Shown: piece by piece, positions 20,663-31,089 of the stretch
Layout: every line of letters starts with the position of its first letter
Position numbering within the stretch: the first letter of the stretch is position 1
From: Minisyncoccota bacterium
GTDB lineage: Bacteria > Patescibacteriota > Minisyncoccia > Phycocordibacterales > PALSA-1337
Direction of reading: 5' to 3'
Assembly: GCA_041666915.1 (NCBI GenBank)
Contig: JBAYFZ010000001.1
Span: 9,086-73,085 of the forward strand
Length of the DNA stretch: 64,000 nt
Made by a program: the position numbers and the translations under genes
Notes under the pieces: generated by a model
Seen by the model: only the letters and a program-made list of their open reading frames with translations
Database searches by the model: none
What the model was told of the DNA's origin: nothing

Positions 20663-20677
20663 AGAATTTCTAACTGT

Positions 20678-20793
20678 TGTCATTCCCGCGAAGGCGGGAA
20701 TCCAGGATTATTACGAGATAATAGTTTGCTATAATTTATTTGAAAATGGATTTTGTGGTAACATCCTGGATTCCCGCCTTCGCGGGAATGACA
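20678..20793. repeat. Inverted REP (dRS3-like) doublet
   Basis: TGTCATTCCCGCGAAGGCGGGAATCCAGGA ... TCCTGGATTCCCGCCTTCGCGGGAATGACA. Confidence 0.9.
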
Positions 20794-20799
20794 CAAAAA

Positions 20800-21618
20800 T
20801 TATTTCAACAGACTATCTATAATTCCCGTTACCATAATCTTTGGCATTGCACCACTCATAACGATCATCTTTTTATCATCAGTGACGTATAGTAGGCTCT
20901 GAGGAATTCTGTATTGGATAAGAGCATTGGATACATATGTAGTTGCGGTAGGATTGATTTTTTCACTAAGAACAAAGAAACTAGTTGGAGTACCAGAGAC
21001 ATTGGCATTTATACCACTCAATTTTTGAGCACTGACTATATCTTTAGCTTTTTGGCTATTGAGACATTCATTGAATGCAATAATATCAAGACCCAAACCT
21101 TTTGCCATGATAGGGAGTTGTTTTTGATCCAAACCTTCTGGAGTTTTGGAGGTTACTGAAGGAGTCAAATCATAGAGCTTCTTTTCATATTCCCAGAATT
21201 TTTCATTTCCTCCCAAGATACCAGCACATTCTATGGCACGTGATTCATTTGCTGCGTTGGGGTGAAGGACATTACCTTCTGCATCTGGAGTGTCTAGAGG
21301 AAAACTTCTATAAATCAAAGCAACCTTACCTTCTGGTCCATATTTGTCCATTATTTCTACCATTGTTTCGTTGAAGATTTTACAGAATGGACATGAAGGA
21401 TCGGAGTATTCAACAATTTTTATTGGAGCGTTTGGATTTCCCAAAATACGGTCGGCGGATGTTATCGGTGCAAGATTTATGGCTGGGGCATTTTCAACTT
21501 TTGCATCTTTTACAATAGTAGAACTTGGTTTGAATACGTATATGAGAGTCATTGCAATGATAGCTCCGGCAATGATGATGGCTCCTGGTATTGTGATGAA
21601 ACTTGGTTTATTTTCCAT
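20800..21618 (-). CDS. DsbA-like thioredoxin-fold oxidoreductase
   Basis: GNPNAPIKIVEYSDPSCPFC, GTPTSF, N-terminal TM anchor. Confidence 0.9.
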   Translation of the reverse strand: MENKPSFITIPGAIIIAGAIIAMTLIYVFKPSSTIVKDAKVENAPAINLAPITSADRILGNPNAPIKIVEYSDPSCPFCKIFNETMVEIMDKYGPEGKVALIYRSFPLDTPDAEGNVLHPNAANESRAIECAGILGGNEKFWEYEKKLYDLTPSVTSKTPEGLDQKQLPIMAKGLGLDIIAFNECLNSQKAKDIVSAQKLSGINANVSGTPTSFFVLSEKINPTATTYVSNALIQYRIPQSLLYVTDDKKMIVMSGAMPKIMVTGIIDSLLK

Positions 21619-21659
21619 AATTATTTTTTTGTTAGTGGCTTGTAATCATTGTAACATTT

Positions 21660-22235
21660 CTAAAAAGGCAATGTGTAAGTCATGGCACTAGACTCGGGTA
21701 TTTCCCACGTGCTTATATCCAATTTTATTTCTTTTATAGAACCAAGTTCTTTGTATTTCAAAAGTTTATTTGCTACGGCATAGTCATATAATTCTTTGGT
21801 CAATCTGACATCCTCGGTACAGTATGAGATGAGTTTATCTATCTCACCATTTTGCCACCAAGTGATAGCTTCAGAACCATGACCAGTTTTGTTTTTGCCT
21901 AAAGTAGCTTCGCCTACACCATCTAGTTTGAGTCGTCGGCCCAATATCTTTTGTACTTCTTTCATAAGGTCCAGACTTTTTATTTTCGTCAGATCACCAG
22001 GATAGTATTTATTCAAAAGCGGAATATCAAAATGGTCACCGTTCCAAGTGATGAGCATATCGGCTTGTTCTAATATAGGCCAAAGTTTGTTGAAGTCATT
22101 TTCTAAGTAACTTGTATATTGATCGGTAGCTGAATCGTGTATACAAACTACAGAAATATCTAAATCTACTGGGTCGTTTGATCCTACATCTTGGAAAAAG
22201 TTTTTTGTTTCCAAGTCAAAAGTTATTTTGCGCAT
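21660..22235 (-). CDS. RNase H-like (YprB/DnaQ-like) exonuclease domain protein
   Basis: FDLET, WNGDHFDIP, YCTEDV acidic motifs. Confidence 0.85.
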   Translation of the reverse strand: MRKITFDLETKNFFQDVGSNDPVDLDISVVCIHDSATDQYTSYLENDFNKLWPILEQADMLITWNGDHFDIPLLNKYYPGDLTKIKSLDLMKEVQKILGRRLKLDGVGEATLGKNKTGHGSEAITWWQNGEIDKLISYCTEDVRLTKELYDYAVANKLLKYKELGSIKEIKLDISTWEIPESSAMTYTLPF

Positions 22236-22304
22236 AGGTTCTATTGTAAAGGTCTACTAGAGATAGTGCAAGGAAAATACTAAAAAACCTGTTTTAGCAG
22301 GCTT

Positions 22305-23621
22305 TTAGTTCTTTTTTAAGATATTTATTATTTCTCCTTCGGTGACGAACTCTTCATTTCCATTTGCCAAAGTTTTTACACATAATTTACCAGTCTTGAT
22401 TTCTTCATCACCAATGCAGATAACTTTTGGAATTCCACGTTTGACTACGTTGCCGATCTGGTCACCGAGTTTTTTGTTTGATAAATCTACTGCAACACGG
22501 ATACCTTGTTCGCGTAGCGTCTGCGCTAATTCTAGAGAATATGGAGTATTTTGTTCGCCAACAATACAAATAGAAACATCGGCAATATCATTTCTCTTTG
22601 GGAGGGTGCCATATGTTTCCATAAGGTCTTTTGCTATCAAATCTCCAGTTCCAAAACCAACGGCTGGCATTTTGTCATTACCGAATAATGCCAAGAGATC
22701 GTCGTAACGGCCACCACCAAAGACTGAGCGTCGGTTTATAGGATTGAGGTCAAATATCTCAAATACGATACCAGTATAATAATCAAAACCACGCATGAGT
22801 GTCTGATCAAAGCGTACATTGGTGATGCCGAGCCTTTCGAGGCCTTCTATGACCTGACGAATCTCCTTTAAACCAACATGTTCTTCTTTTGTTTGGGGTA
22901 ATAGGGAAGTGAATTCTTCAAAATTTTTGGAATTGAGTAGAGTAAGGAATTTTTGGGAAATGACAACAGAGTTGAATATCTCTTCAACCCCAGCCTGAAA
23001 AGCCTCTGGTTTGAGTTTATCTTTTTTGTCTATGAGTTTAGAGACTTTTTGTGACAATGTTTCATCCAAACCAAAAACTTCCTTGGTTATGTAATTCATA
23101 ACCTTGCGATTGTTGAGACGAATTTCAAAATCTGTATCTTTGAGACCATAAGATCTGACGATATCGTAAGCTAGATTGATGATCTCAATCTCGGCGTTTA
23201 TGGATTCTACACCGAAAATATCAGCATTGAGTTGCCAATGTTCACGAGTGCGTCCACGTTGTGGTTGTTCGTATCGGAAAAGGTTTGGAATAGAAAACCA
23301 ACGAATAGGGGATACGAGTTCACGTCTACGCCCAGCTATCATGCGAGCAACGGTAGGTGTCATCTCAGGACGAAGTGTAACCTCACGATCTCCGCGGTCA
23401 GTGAAGGTGTAAGTTTGTTCGTTGACTATTTCTGCGCCGGATTTTGCTCGATAAAGATCGGCAGGTTCCAAAACGGAGGCGCCGTATTCTTCGTAGCCAT
23501 ACTTTTCGCAATTATTTCTCCAGATATTGAAGATTTTATTTTCGGTGGCCATATCGGCTGGATAGAAGTCACGGACACCCTTATATGGGTCAACACCTAG
23601 TTTTTTTACATTTTCTTTCAT
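22305..23621 (-). CDS. hisS: Histidine--tRNA ligase
   Basis: LRPEMT, FRYEQPQRGRTREHWQ, RGFDYYTG, GGGRYD. Confidence 0.97.
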   Translation of the reverse strand: MKENVKKLGVDPYKGVRDFYPADMATENKIFNIWRNNCEKYGYEEYGASVLEPADLYRAKSGAEIVNEQTYTFTDRGDREVTLRPEMTPTVARMIAGRRRELVSPIRWFSIPNLFRYEQPQRGRTREHWQLNADIFGVESINAEIEIINLAYDIVRSYGLKDTDFEIRLNNRKVMNYITKEVFGLDETLSQKVSKLIDKKDKLKPEAFQAGVEEIFNSVVISQKFLTLLNSKNFEEFTSLLPQTKEEHVGLKEIRQVIEGLERLGITNVRFDQTLMRGFDYYTGIVFEIFDLNPINRRSVFGGGRYDDLLALFGNDKMPAVGFGTGDLIAKDLMETYGTLPKRNDIADVSICIVGEQNTPYSLELAQTLREQGIRVAVDLSNKKLGDQIGNVVKRGIPKVICIGDEEIKTGKLCVKTLANGNEEFVTEGEIINILKKN

Positions 23622-23721
23622 GAGGATATTGTAGCATGGAGTGTATAACTGCCAAATAGGGTTTGGGTATATGGTATAATTGTATGAATAATTAATAATG
23701 AATAATTAACTTTTATAAAGT

Positions 23722-26454
23722 ATGAAATTATTTGCTAAGACCAGTATTTTTGTAGTTACATTGATGGTTGGCATATCTCTAGGTTTTTTTCATCAAGTTT
23801 ATGCTCAGGTCGATGGTTCGGTCTGGGGGTATCAGGGGTGGACACCTTACGACCTGCCCAATTTGGAAGAAAATAATACGGAAATCATCCAGAATCAAGG
23901 TAGTGATTTTCAAGATCAGAGCAATACTTTTCCTACAAATTTTTCTAATAATTATTACGGTAATAATTATAGACCTTGTGATAATATGAAAAAGTATTTT
24001 TATTTTGGGGGTCAAGGAAAATTAATCACTGAGCGTTTTGGTATATACGATAACAGGTCTAATATTGAGTGTTACATAACTTTCTTATCTAAGCTTAATC
24101 TTTATAATGGTTTAGATGCAGTTATAGTAAATCCTGGCGGACCGAACATTCCTTTGGTGCCAAATGTTTCTGGGGCAAATTGGAACATTAAGTATGCAAA
24201 TAGAGGAGTCTTTAATGAAATTGTTTTGTTTGAGTTTGTCCTTGATGACTTGGGAAAAGGTCAATCGTCTGAAAGTAGATATTGGTATTTGACCGTAAAG
24301 AATAAATCCACAGATCTTCCTATTGTAGAAAATCTTATAGCGAAAAATGGCAAGATTACAATAAAGGTTGGCCCGCTAACTTTTGATTTATCAATGAAAA
24401 AGTCAGAAACTTGTAAGAAGATTTCTGGTGATGGGCCAAATAAAATTGTATTTTTGAGAGGAAGGACATCCGAACTATCAAGTAGTGATCTTTCAGGTAT
24501 GGCAAATGACTTTATTAATCGTGGATTTAAATCTGTTCAACCTATAAAGAAATATTCAAATCTCCTTTCTTTTTATATAGATGAAGTAGAACTTGATGAT
24601 TTGCCGTATTCTTCTGGAGATCAGTATTCTAATGGACTTGAATATGGTATTAATAGGGCTGTTAGGACCGAATCAAAATGCAATTCAATTGATAAAGGTG
24701 ATACGATATATTTGCTATTTTATAAAGGTAGAACAGCTTCTACGGTTAAAATGATAGCCTACACTGATTTTGATAGTAGGGTTATCAAATTAAATATGGG
24801 ATCGTCTAAAGGGAAAATAACTGAATTTGTGGCAGTACATGAATGGGGACATGCATTTGCTAAGCTTTCTGATGAGTACATCATTTCCAAGGAAGATTAT
24901 TTTGGAGATCTTGCAAAAAATATAGATTCCAAGAATTGTACTACGAAACCATTTGAAGATTATGTAGATTCTGAACATAATATAATGTATGGCTCAGATA
25001 ATAATCTAGGGTGTTCCCACGTGTATCATGAATTGTTTGATGATAATCCAAAAAGTGACAGAGCTTCTGTATTTTACAGGCCATCTCCTGTAAGTATTAT
25101 GGATTTGTATGGTCATCTTTTGACTCCTGGTGCGGGCCAGAGATTTAACGTCATTAGTTGCGGTTATGTCATATCAGCTATGTTAAATGAGCCAATAATG
25201 AAGAAAAATGCACAAAAGCATTGGGCAGAATGTCTTCAGATGGCACAGACAGACGGAAGTGTAAATGCTGATGAAATTCCTGTTAGACGCCCTACCCCAA
25301 CCCCTAGCCAAATCATGCCAGATCCTGATGATTCCAATACTTACATAGTATCTGGTACAGGATTCTCACCTACAGGAAATACGGTTGAACTTACATGGCT
25401 TGGTTCAGTTGCTGTTAAAGAAGAGTCAAATTTATTTGCGGATATTATCAAACAAATCTTCCCAACTTCAATACCGCAAGCCTCGGCTGGTTTCAACGAT
25501 ATCTTTAAGATTTATAACATATTATCTGACGGTATCACTTTGAAGTTTACCGTCCCACCAGAAGCTCCAGCTGGAAAATACTCGGTAAGAACATCGGCAC
25601 TTAATAGTGATTGGAGTACAAATATTCTTAATATAGTTAAGACTGTAGGATCAGCGATTTCTAGAGGTAACGTAAATACTACACCACCACCTTCGGTGCC
25701 TCCAACCACACCTCCTCCTGTTGTGCCGAATACACCAGTCACCAATCAACCTGCAACAGCTTATTCATTATCTGTTTCCAAATACGGTACAGGCCAAGGA
25801 ACTGTAACGGGTGGTTCTATCAATTGTGGATCTTCTTGTTCATTGTCAGATGTGACTCCTAGAACTTCTATCAGTCTTACCGCTATACCAGCTTCTGGTT
25901 CTACATTTTCTGGTTGGAGTGGTGGAGGATGTTCTGGAAATGGGAGTTGTAATGTTACAATAAATACAAACCTTACGGTAACAGCAATATTCATTTCTAA
26001 GTCTAGATCTTCTGATACAAATGATTCTGACTCTGACTCTAATACACCCTCGACAGCCGTTTCTGGTTATTGTTCAACAGAATTTAATTCTTGCGTAAGA
26101 GGCTCTTTTTCTGACAGAGAAGATAGTGAGTTTAGTTACAACTGGTCATGTCTCGGTTCAAATGGCGGGGCTGATTCAAAGTGTTCGTCATCAAAGGTTA
26201 TAGTATCAATGAATACAGTTCCAAAGGTTATTGAAAATAAGCCTATTACTTTTATCCCAAAACCAGCCAATCGAGTTGATCCTAAAGACTATGTTATTCC
26301 AGATCTATCTACGACCACCACTCAAGAATCTATTGATATCAAAGTTCCTAAAGGAGCAGATATAATCAAGTCACTTGTATCTGGAATTATCTTGCAAATA
26401 ATGAATGGTGTAAACAAAACTACAGAAACATTTTCTAACGTCTTTAATTTGTAA
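23722..26454 (+). CDS. Large secreted M64-like zinc metallopeptidase with Ig-like/InlB-B-type and Cys-rich modules
   Basis: Signal peptide; HEWGHAFAKLSDEY; SIM; Pro-rich linker; LTAIPASGSTFSGWSGGGCSG. Confidence 0.75.
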   Translation: MKLFAKTSIFVVTLMVGISLGFFHQVYAQVDGSVWGYQGWTPYDLPNLEENNTEIIQNQGSDFQDQSNTFPTNFSNNYYGNNYRPCDNMKKYFYFGGQGKLITERFGIYDNRSNIECYITFLSKLNLYNGLDAVIVNPGGPNIPLVPNVSGANWNIKYANRGVFNEIVLFEFVLDDLGKGQSSESRYWYLTVKNKSTDLPIVENLIAKNGKITIKVGPLTFDLSMKKSETCKKISGDGPNKIVFLRGRTSELSSSDLSGMANDFINRGFKSVQPIKKYSNLLSFYIDEVELDDLPYSSGDQYSNGLEYGINRAVRTESKCNSIDKGDTIYLLFYKGRTASTVKMIAYTDFDSRVIKLNMGSSKGKITEFVAVHEWGHAFAKLSDEYIISKEDYFGDLAKNIDSKNCTTKPFEDYVDSEHNIMYGSDNNLGCSHVYHELFDDNPKSDRASVFYRPSPVSIMDLYGHLLTPGAGQRFNVISCGYVISAMLNEPIMKKNAQKHWAECLQMAQTDGSVNADEIPVRRPTPTPSQIMPDPDDSNTYIVSGTGFSPTGNTVELTWLGSVAVKEESNLFADIIKQIFPTSIPQASAGFNDIFKIYNILSDGITLKFTVPPEAPAGKYSVRTSALNSDWSTNILNIVKTVGSAISRGNVNTTPPPSVPPTTPPPVVPNTPVTNQPATAYSLSVSKYGTGQGTVTGGSINCGSSCSLSDVTPRTSISLTAIPASGSTFSGWSGGGCSGNGSCNVTINTNLTVTAIFISKSRSSDTNDSDSDSNTPSTAVSGYCSTEFNSCVRGSFSDREDSEFSYNWSCLGSNGGADSKCSSSKVIVSMNTVPKVIENKPITFIPKPANRVDPKDYVIPDLSTTTTQESIDIKVPKGADIIKSLVSGIILQIMNGVNKTTETFSNVFNL

Positions 26455-26481
26455 TTGTAAAAAATATGTTAGGATAGATTT

Positions 26482-27459
26482 ATGAAAAGAATAGTCATCA
26501 AGGAAGGTCCAGTAGTCTTTTTGAGGAATGTTGTAATCATGGAGATACTGGCCGTGGTTATCTTTGTGGCTATATCTTACCTAGCCAATTATGAGCAATT
26601 ATTTATTGGAATTGGTTTGGATAAGTATGTTCAGTATCACAATTTCATTATAATTGTATTTTCTTTATTCCAACTATTCTATATACTAGCTTTATTTTTT
26701 GATTGGTATCTCAAGTATTACGAAATCCGTGAAAGAGAAATAGTTCGTCGCTCAGGTTTGTTTTTGAGACGTCAAAGGTCTGTTTCTTTGTTGCACATCG
26801 TTGCCGTAGAAGTAACTCAAGGACCTCTGGATCGTATACTTCGTCATGCAAATTTAATTCTAGAACACGATAATGGCAGAACCACTATCATTCAAAATGT
26901 TGCTGGTTATGAAGAATACGTTGAAGTTATCAAGCAGACTATTGATAATACGATGAAGAAACCGATACATTCTAGAAGTTTGCAGATGTTCCTCAAAGAA
27001 GGTGAAGGTTTGTTTTTAGAATACAAACAGACTTTGCGTTATGATATCCGCAAAAAAAGTGTAAGCAAAGATGTAGAAAGGGCAGTGATAAAAACTATTG
27101 CTGGTTTTATGAATGCTGACGGAGGAACTCTGATAATAGGTGTAGATGATGAAGGTAAGGTTACTGGTCTTAAAAATGATTTTGAAACTTTGGCCAAGAA
27201 AAATAGAGATGGTTTTGAAAATCATTTGAATAATCTTGTAAAGACGATGTTGGGTATAAAATTTGCCAATTATATACACACCCGTTTTGACTATTTCAAC
27301 GACAATGAAGCCTGTCTAGTCTCTGTAGACCCTAGTCATAAGCCGGCTTACATCCACAATTCTGAAGGTAAAGAAGAATTCTTCGTTAGAATGGGAAATT
27401 CCACCCAGCCATTTTCTATGAGTGAAGCTGAGGAATATATGAAAACAAGGTGGAAATAA
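26482..27459 (+). CDS. Two-TM + bacterial PH domain + Schlafen AlbA_2 domain protein
   Basis: TM helices, RRSGLF...QGPLDRIL (bPH_2), EGLFLEYK, AGFMNADGGTLIIGVDD. Confidence 0.85.
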   Translation: MKRIVIKEGPVVFLRNVVIMEILAVVIFVAISYLANYEQLFIGIGLDKYVQYHNFIIIVFSLFQLFYILALFFDWYLKYYEIREREIVRRSGLFLRRQRSVSLLHIVAVEVTQGPLDRILRHANLILEHDNGRTTIIQNVAGYEEYVEVIKQTIDNTMKKPIHSRSLQMFLKEGEGLFLEYKQTLRYDIRKKSVSKDVERAVIKTIAGFMNADGGTLIIGVDDEGKVTGLKNDFETLAKKNRDGFENHLNNLVKTMLGIKFANYIHTRFDYFNDNEACLVSVDPSHKPAYIHNSEGKEEFFVRMGNSTQPFSMSEAEEYMKTRWK

Positions 27460-27483
27460 AAAAGGAGGTTAACCTCCTTTTTT
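27457..27483. terminator. Bidirectional intrinsic terminator
   Basis: AAAAAAGGAGG-TTAA-CCTCCTTTTTT between convergent genes. Confidence 0.8.
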
Positions 27484-27486
27484 ATT

Positions 27487-29307
27487 TTATAAATCTTTTC
27501 TTCTTGCTCTTGCTCGGTCTAATTCTGTGAGAAACTTCTTGCGTAAGCGGATACTCTTTGGAGTTATTTCTAGATATTCATCATCACGCATGAGCTCTAG
27601 ACCACGTTCAATACTGAGGGTATAAGGTGGTACGAGAGTCAAAGCTTCGTCTTTACCAGAAGAACGCATGTTAGAAAGTTGTTTTCCTTTACAAGGATTG
27701 ACTTCTAGGTCGTCACCCTTTGATGTATCACCAATGACCATACCTTCGTAAATCTCCATAGCTGGAATAATGAATAGGCGTCCACGGTCTTGTAGATTCC
27801 AGAGTGAGAAACCAAATGAACGTCCTGACATCATAGACGTCATAGAGCCTGTCTGACGCTTTTCTATATCGCCTACATGAGGTTTGAAGCCAATGACACG
27901 ACTAGACATGATACCTTCACCCTTTGTATCAATAGTAAAAGCGTTGCGATAACCCAAAAGACCACGAGTAGGTATTTCAAAAACCATACGAACTTGATTG
28001 CCGTGATTTTTCATATCAGTCATGATACCTTTTCTTTTTCCGAGAGTCTCAATAATGATGCCAGAATATGTTTCTGGTGTATCAATGATAACTTCTTCAA
28101 ATGGTTCCATGAGTTGACCATTTTCTTCACGAGTGATGACTTTTGGTTGAGAAACTTGGAGTTCATAACCTTCGCGACGCATGTTTTCTATGAGGATAGC
28201 TACGTGAAGTTCTCCGCGTCCATAGACGGTGAATCCTTCTACGGCAGGATCTGTAGAAGTAAAATCAACTTTTAATCCTACGTTTGTCTCTAGTTCTAAC
28301 TGTAGTCTTTCGCGAATCTGACGACCCGTGACGAATGTACCTTCTCTTCCTGCAAAAGGGGAATTGTTAACTAAAAATTGTAGAGAAATGGTTGGTTCAT
28401 CAACCGTGATAGCTGTCATGGCAGGGGTGTTTTCATTATCTACGATAGTTTCTCCGATATAAATATCTGGCATACCTGCGACTGTGACGATGTCGCCTGA
28501 TTCGGCGGTTTCAGTCTCGGTACGTTGTTTACCATTGAATGTAAAAAGCTTTGTGATCTTGCCAGTGAATGATTTGCCTTTGATATCTTTGACCCAAACA
28601 TTTTGACCATTCTTTATTTTACCAGTATAGATACGACAAACAGCCAATCTTCCAAGGAAATTGTCATAACCCAAGTTGAAAACTTGAGCAGTTAGAGGTT
28701 CAACAGCTGAACTGTCTTTGTTTTCTAGAGATTTTTTATTTGCAGGTGGAACATGTTCCAAAATAGTATCTAAAAGTGGAGTAAGGTCTTTGGAATCGTC
28801 GGTAAGAGCCTTCTTTGCTACTCCTGTGCGACCAATAGCGTAAATAGTAGGGAAATCTATTTGTTCATCATTTGCACCGAGTTCCATGAATAATTCTAAA
28901 ACTTCATCATGAGCACGTGCAGGGTTGGCGGCAGGCTTGTCTATTTTATTGATGATAACTATAGGTTTGATACCTAGTTCCAAAGATTTCTTCAAGACGA
29001 AACGTGTCTGTGGCATAGGACCTTCTTGTGCATCAACTACGAGTAAAACCGTATCAATAGAACGAAGTACGCGTTCAACCTCGGATCCGAAGTCGGCGTG
29101 TCCGGGAGTATCAACGATATTGATCTTGGTACCTTTGTAGTTTATGGAAGTATTCTTTGCGTAAATAGTAATACCGCGCTCTTGTTCTAGGGCATTGGAG
29201 TCCATGGTACCTTCGTCACCGTGACCACATTGGGTCATGATGGCATCGGTAAGAGTGGTCTTACCGTGGTCTACGTGGGCGATAATAGCTATATTTCTGA
29301 TTTCCAT
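27487..29307 (-). CDS. typA: Translational GTPase TypA/BipA
   Basis: [41 protein letters not shown]. Confidence 0.97.
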   Translation of the reverse strand: MEIRNIAIIAHVDHGKTTLTDAIMTQCGHGDEGTMDSNALEQERGITIYAKNTSINYKGTKINIVDTPGHADFGSEVERVLRSIDTVLLVVDAQEGPMPQTRFVLKKSLELGIKPIVIINKIDKPAANPARAHDEVLELFMELGANDEQIDFPTIYAIGRTGVAKKALTDDSKDLTPLLDTILEHVPPANKKSLENKDSSAVEPLTAQVFNLGYDNFLGRLAVCRIYTGKIKNGQNVWVKDIKGKSFTGKITKLFTFNGKQRTETETAESGDIVTVAGMPDIYIGETIVDNENTPAMTAITVDEPTISLQFLVNNSPFAGREGTFVTGRQIRERLQLELETNVGLKVDFTSTDPAVEGFTVYGRGELHVAILIENMRREGYELQVSQPKVITREENGQLMEPFEEVIIDTPETYSGIIIETLGKRKGIMTDMKNHGNQVRMVFEIPTRGLLGYRNAFTIDTKGEGIMSSRVIGFKPHVGDIEKRQTGSMTSMMSGRSFGFSLWNLQDRGRLFIIPAMEIYEGMVIGDTSKGDDLEVNPCKGKQLSNMRSSGKDEALTLVPPYTLSIERGLELMRDDEYLEITPKSIRLRKKFLTELDRARARRKDL

Positions 29308-29447
29308 GTGGTTTTAATTGGGTTTTCCGTCGAAGGATTAAAAAGAGAGCCGACGGCTCGTCCCATAAGTAAAGCATAAAAAGTAAGTAAAAGTCAAATT
29401 TTTAAAAACCCCGTCACATGTGACGGGGTTTGAACGAAAAATATTAC

Positions 29448-29642
29448 TTAAGCACACGCGAGCATCGGTGCCCTTGTTGACCTCTTACTAGTACGTGCGA
29501 GCGGTCCATTACGCTCTTCCTCCAAAGCGGCGCAAGCTACCGAGACTGCAACAAGACTCGGTTTTTTGCCCCGACGGTTTTTCCAGGCGTTAAGTGTGGA
29601 TTCCAGATCCAACCGATAATTTCTTTCAGCTTTTCTTGCCAT
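29448..29642 (-). CDS. Small basic hypothetical protein
   Basis: 64-aa ORF followed by hairpin AAACCCCGTCAC/GTGACGGGGTTT. Confidence 0.5.
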   Translation of the reverse strand: MARKAERNYRLDLESTLNAWKNRRGKKPSLVAVSVACAALEEERNGPLARTSKRSTRAPMLACA

Positions 29643-29867
29643 ATTATCTTTTTCGTTGATTTTATTTTTTGATCTCCTATTGCATTCCTATTCCATATAT
29701 AGGTTGTAACAAGAAACCTCCGCGAATAATAGTACAACATTATAAAAAGTTTGCAAGGGAGTGGTAATGTGCACAAACATATGGCGGTTTTCTTCAACCA
29801 ATCGGATCTGTCAGGATGTAGGCGACATCTCGCCAAAAAATCTTCATCACTTCTTCATAACTTTTTT

Positions 29868-29919
29868 ATTGTTTCTTTAACCTTTCTTAATCAGGATTTT
29901 AACTCGTTTTGGTATCATC
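29868..29919 (+). promoter_or_regulatory. Promoter/operator of the pilus operon (likely leaderless)
   Basis: TGgTATCAT -10 ending 6 nt before ATG 29925; TTAA(C/T) repeats; near copy of 15387-15438. Confidence 0.8.
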
Positions 29920-29924
29920 TTTTT

Positions 29925-31073
29925 ATGAATGAAAAACAAATAGATGAAAATCTGAATAACAAGATCAATATTATTAAATTCCCAGTAGATCCGACTACAG
30001 CCGTAGAAGCGATAGATCAGCTTTTGACTTACGCTGTTCATCTGAACGCTTCGGATGTGCATTGTGATCCTAGAGAAAAAGGTATCTTTATTAGGTTTAG
30101 GGTTGATGGACAGATAAGTGATGTCGGTATTTTGCCAAGACGTCTGTTAGAAGAATTTATCGCTAGGCTCAAGATCCTTTCTGGAGCTCGTACAGATTTA
30201 CATATTACTCCACAAGATGGGCGTTGGAAGACTGTTATAGGTGGGTCAGATTACAATATTAGAATTTCGTTCATGCCTACATATCATGGTGAAAATGCTG
30301 TCATGCGTCTTTTGCCGACCAGAGTTGATGGAGATATTTCTTTTGCCAAGCTTGGTTTTACTCCAGACCATGTGAGGTCTATCGGTAATGCTTTGGAAAG
30401 AAAACACGGACTCATTCTTGTCACTGGCCCGACTGGTTCTGGAAAGACTACGACTCTCCATACTTGTTTATCTATGAAAGCAAGAGAACCGTTATCTATC
30501 ATTACTTTAGAAGATCCTGTTGAGTACGAGATTGCAGGTGTTCGTCAGATCCATATTCGTCATTCTCATGGAGTTAATTTCGCTACTGGTTTGCGGTCTG
30601 CTTTAAGACAAGATCCAGATGTCATAATGGTTGGCGAAATTCGTGATAGTGAAACTGCAAAAGTCGCCATTCACACTTCTCTCACAGGTCATTTGGTTCT
30701 CTCTACCTTGCATACCAATTCTGCTTTAGAAGCTATTCCACGTTTGGTTGATATGGGTGTAGACCATTATTTACTAGCTTCTACGTTGAAGTTAGTCGTA
30801 GCTCAACGTCTTGTTCGATCTATGTGCCACGAGTGCAATTCTCAAGGCTGTGAGTCGTGTCGTTATACAGGATATTCTGGCAGATCTGTCATAGCAGAAG
30901 CCTGTGAGATAGATGAAGGTATGAGTGAGCTTATTTCTGCCAAGGAGCCAGTCTCTGCTTATTTGGACTATGCCATGACAAAAGGTTTTAGACCTATCAG
31001 AGAAGATGGTTTGGAAAAGATTGAATGGGGTATTACCACCAAGGAGGAAGTTCTAAATGTCTTGCATACATAA
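29925..31073 (+). CDS. pilB: GspE/PilB family assembly ATPase (short form)
   Basis: ASDVH, GPTGSGKTTTL, EDPVE, LRQDPDVIMVGEIRD, TGHLVLSTLH. Confidence 0.9.
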   Translation: MNEKQIDENLNNKINIIKFPVDPTTAVEAIDQLLTYAVHLNASDVHCDPREKGIFIRFRVDGQISDVGILPRRLLEEFIARLKILSGARTDLHITPQDGRWKTVIGGSDYNIRISFMPTYHGENAVMRLLPTRVDGDISFAKLGFTPDHVRSIGNALERKHGLILVTGPTGSGKTTTLHTCLSMKAREPLSIITLEDPVEYEIAGVRQIHIRHSHGVNFATGLRSALRQDPDVIMVGEIRDSETAKVAIHTSLTGHLVLSTLHTNSALEAIPRLVDMGVDHYLLASTLKLVVAQRLVRSMCHECNSQGCESCRYTGYSGRSVIAEACEIDEGMSELISAKEPVSAYLDYAMTKGFRPIREDGLEKIEWGITTKEEVLNVLHT

Positions 31074-31089
31074 TTGCCGGAATAATCTT

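Noticed and set aside
29751-29924. N-terminal extension of PilB in the ORF track
   Set aside because: It spans the shared promoter element; ATG 29925 fits a leaderless start.
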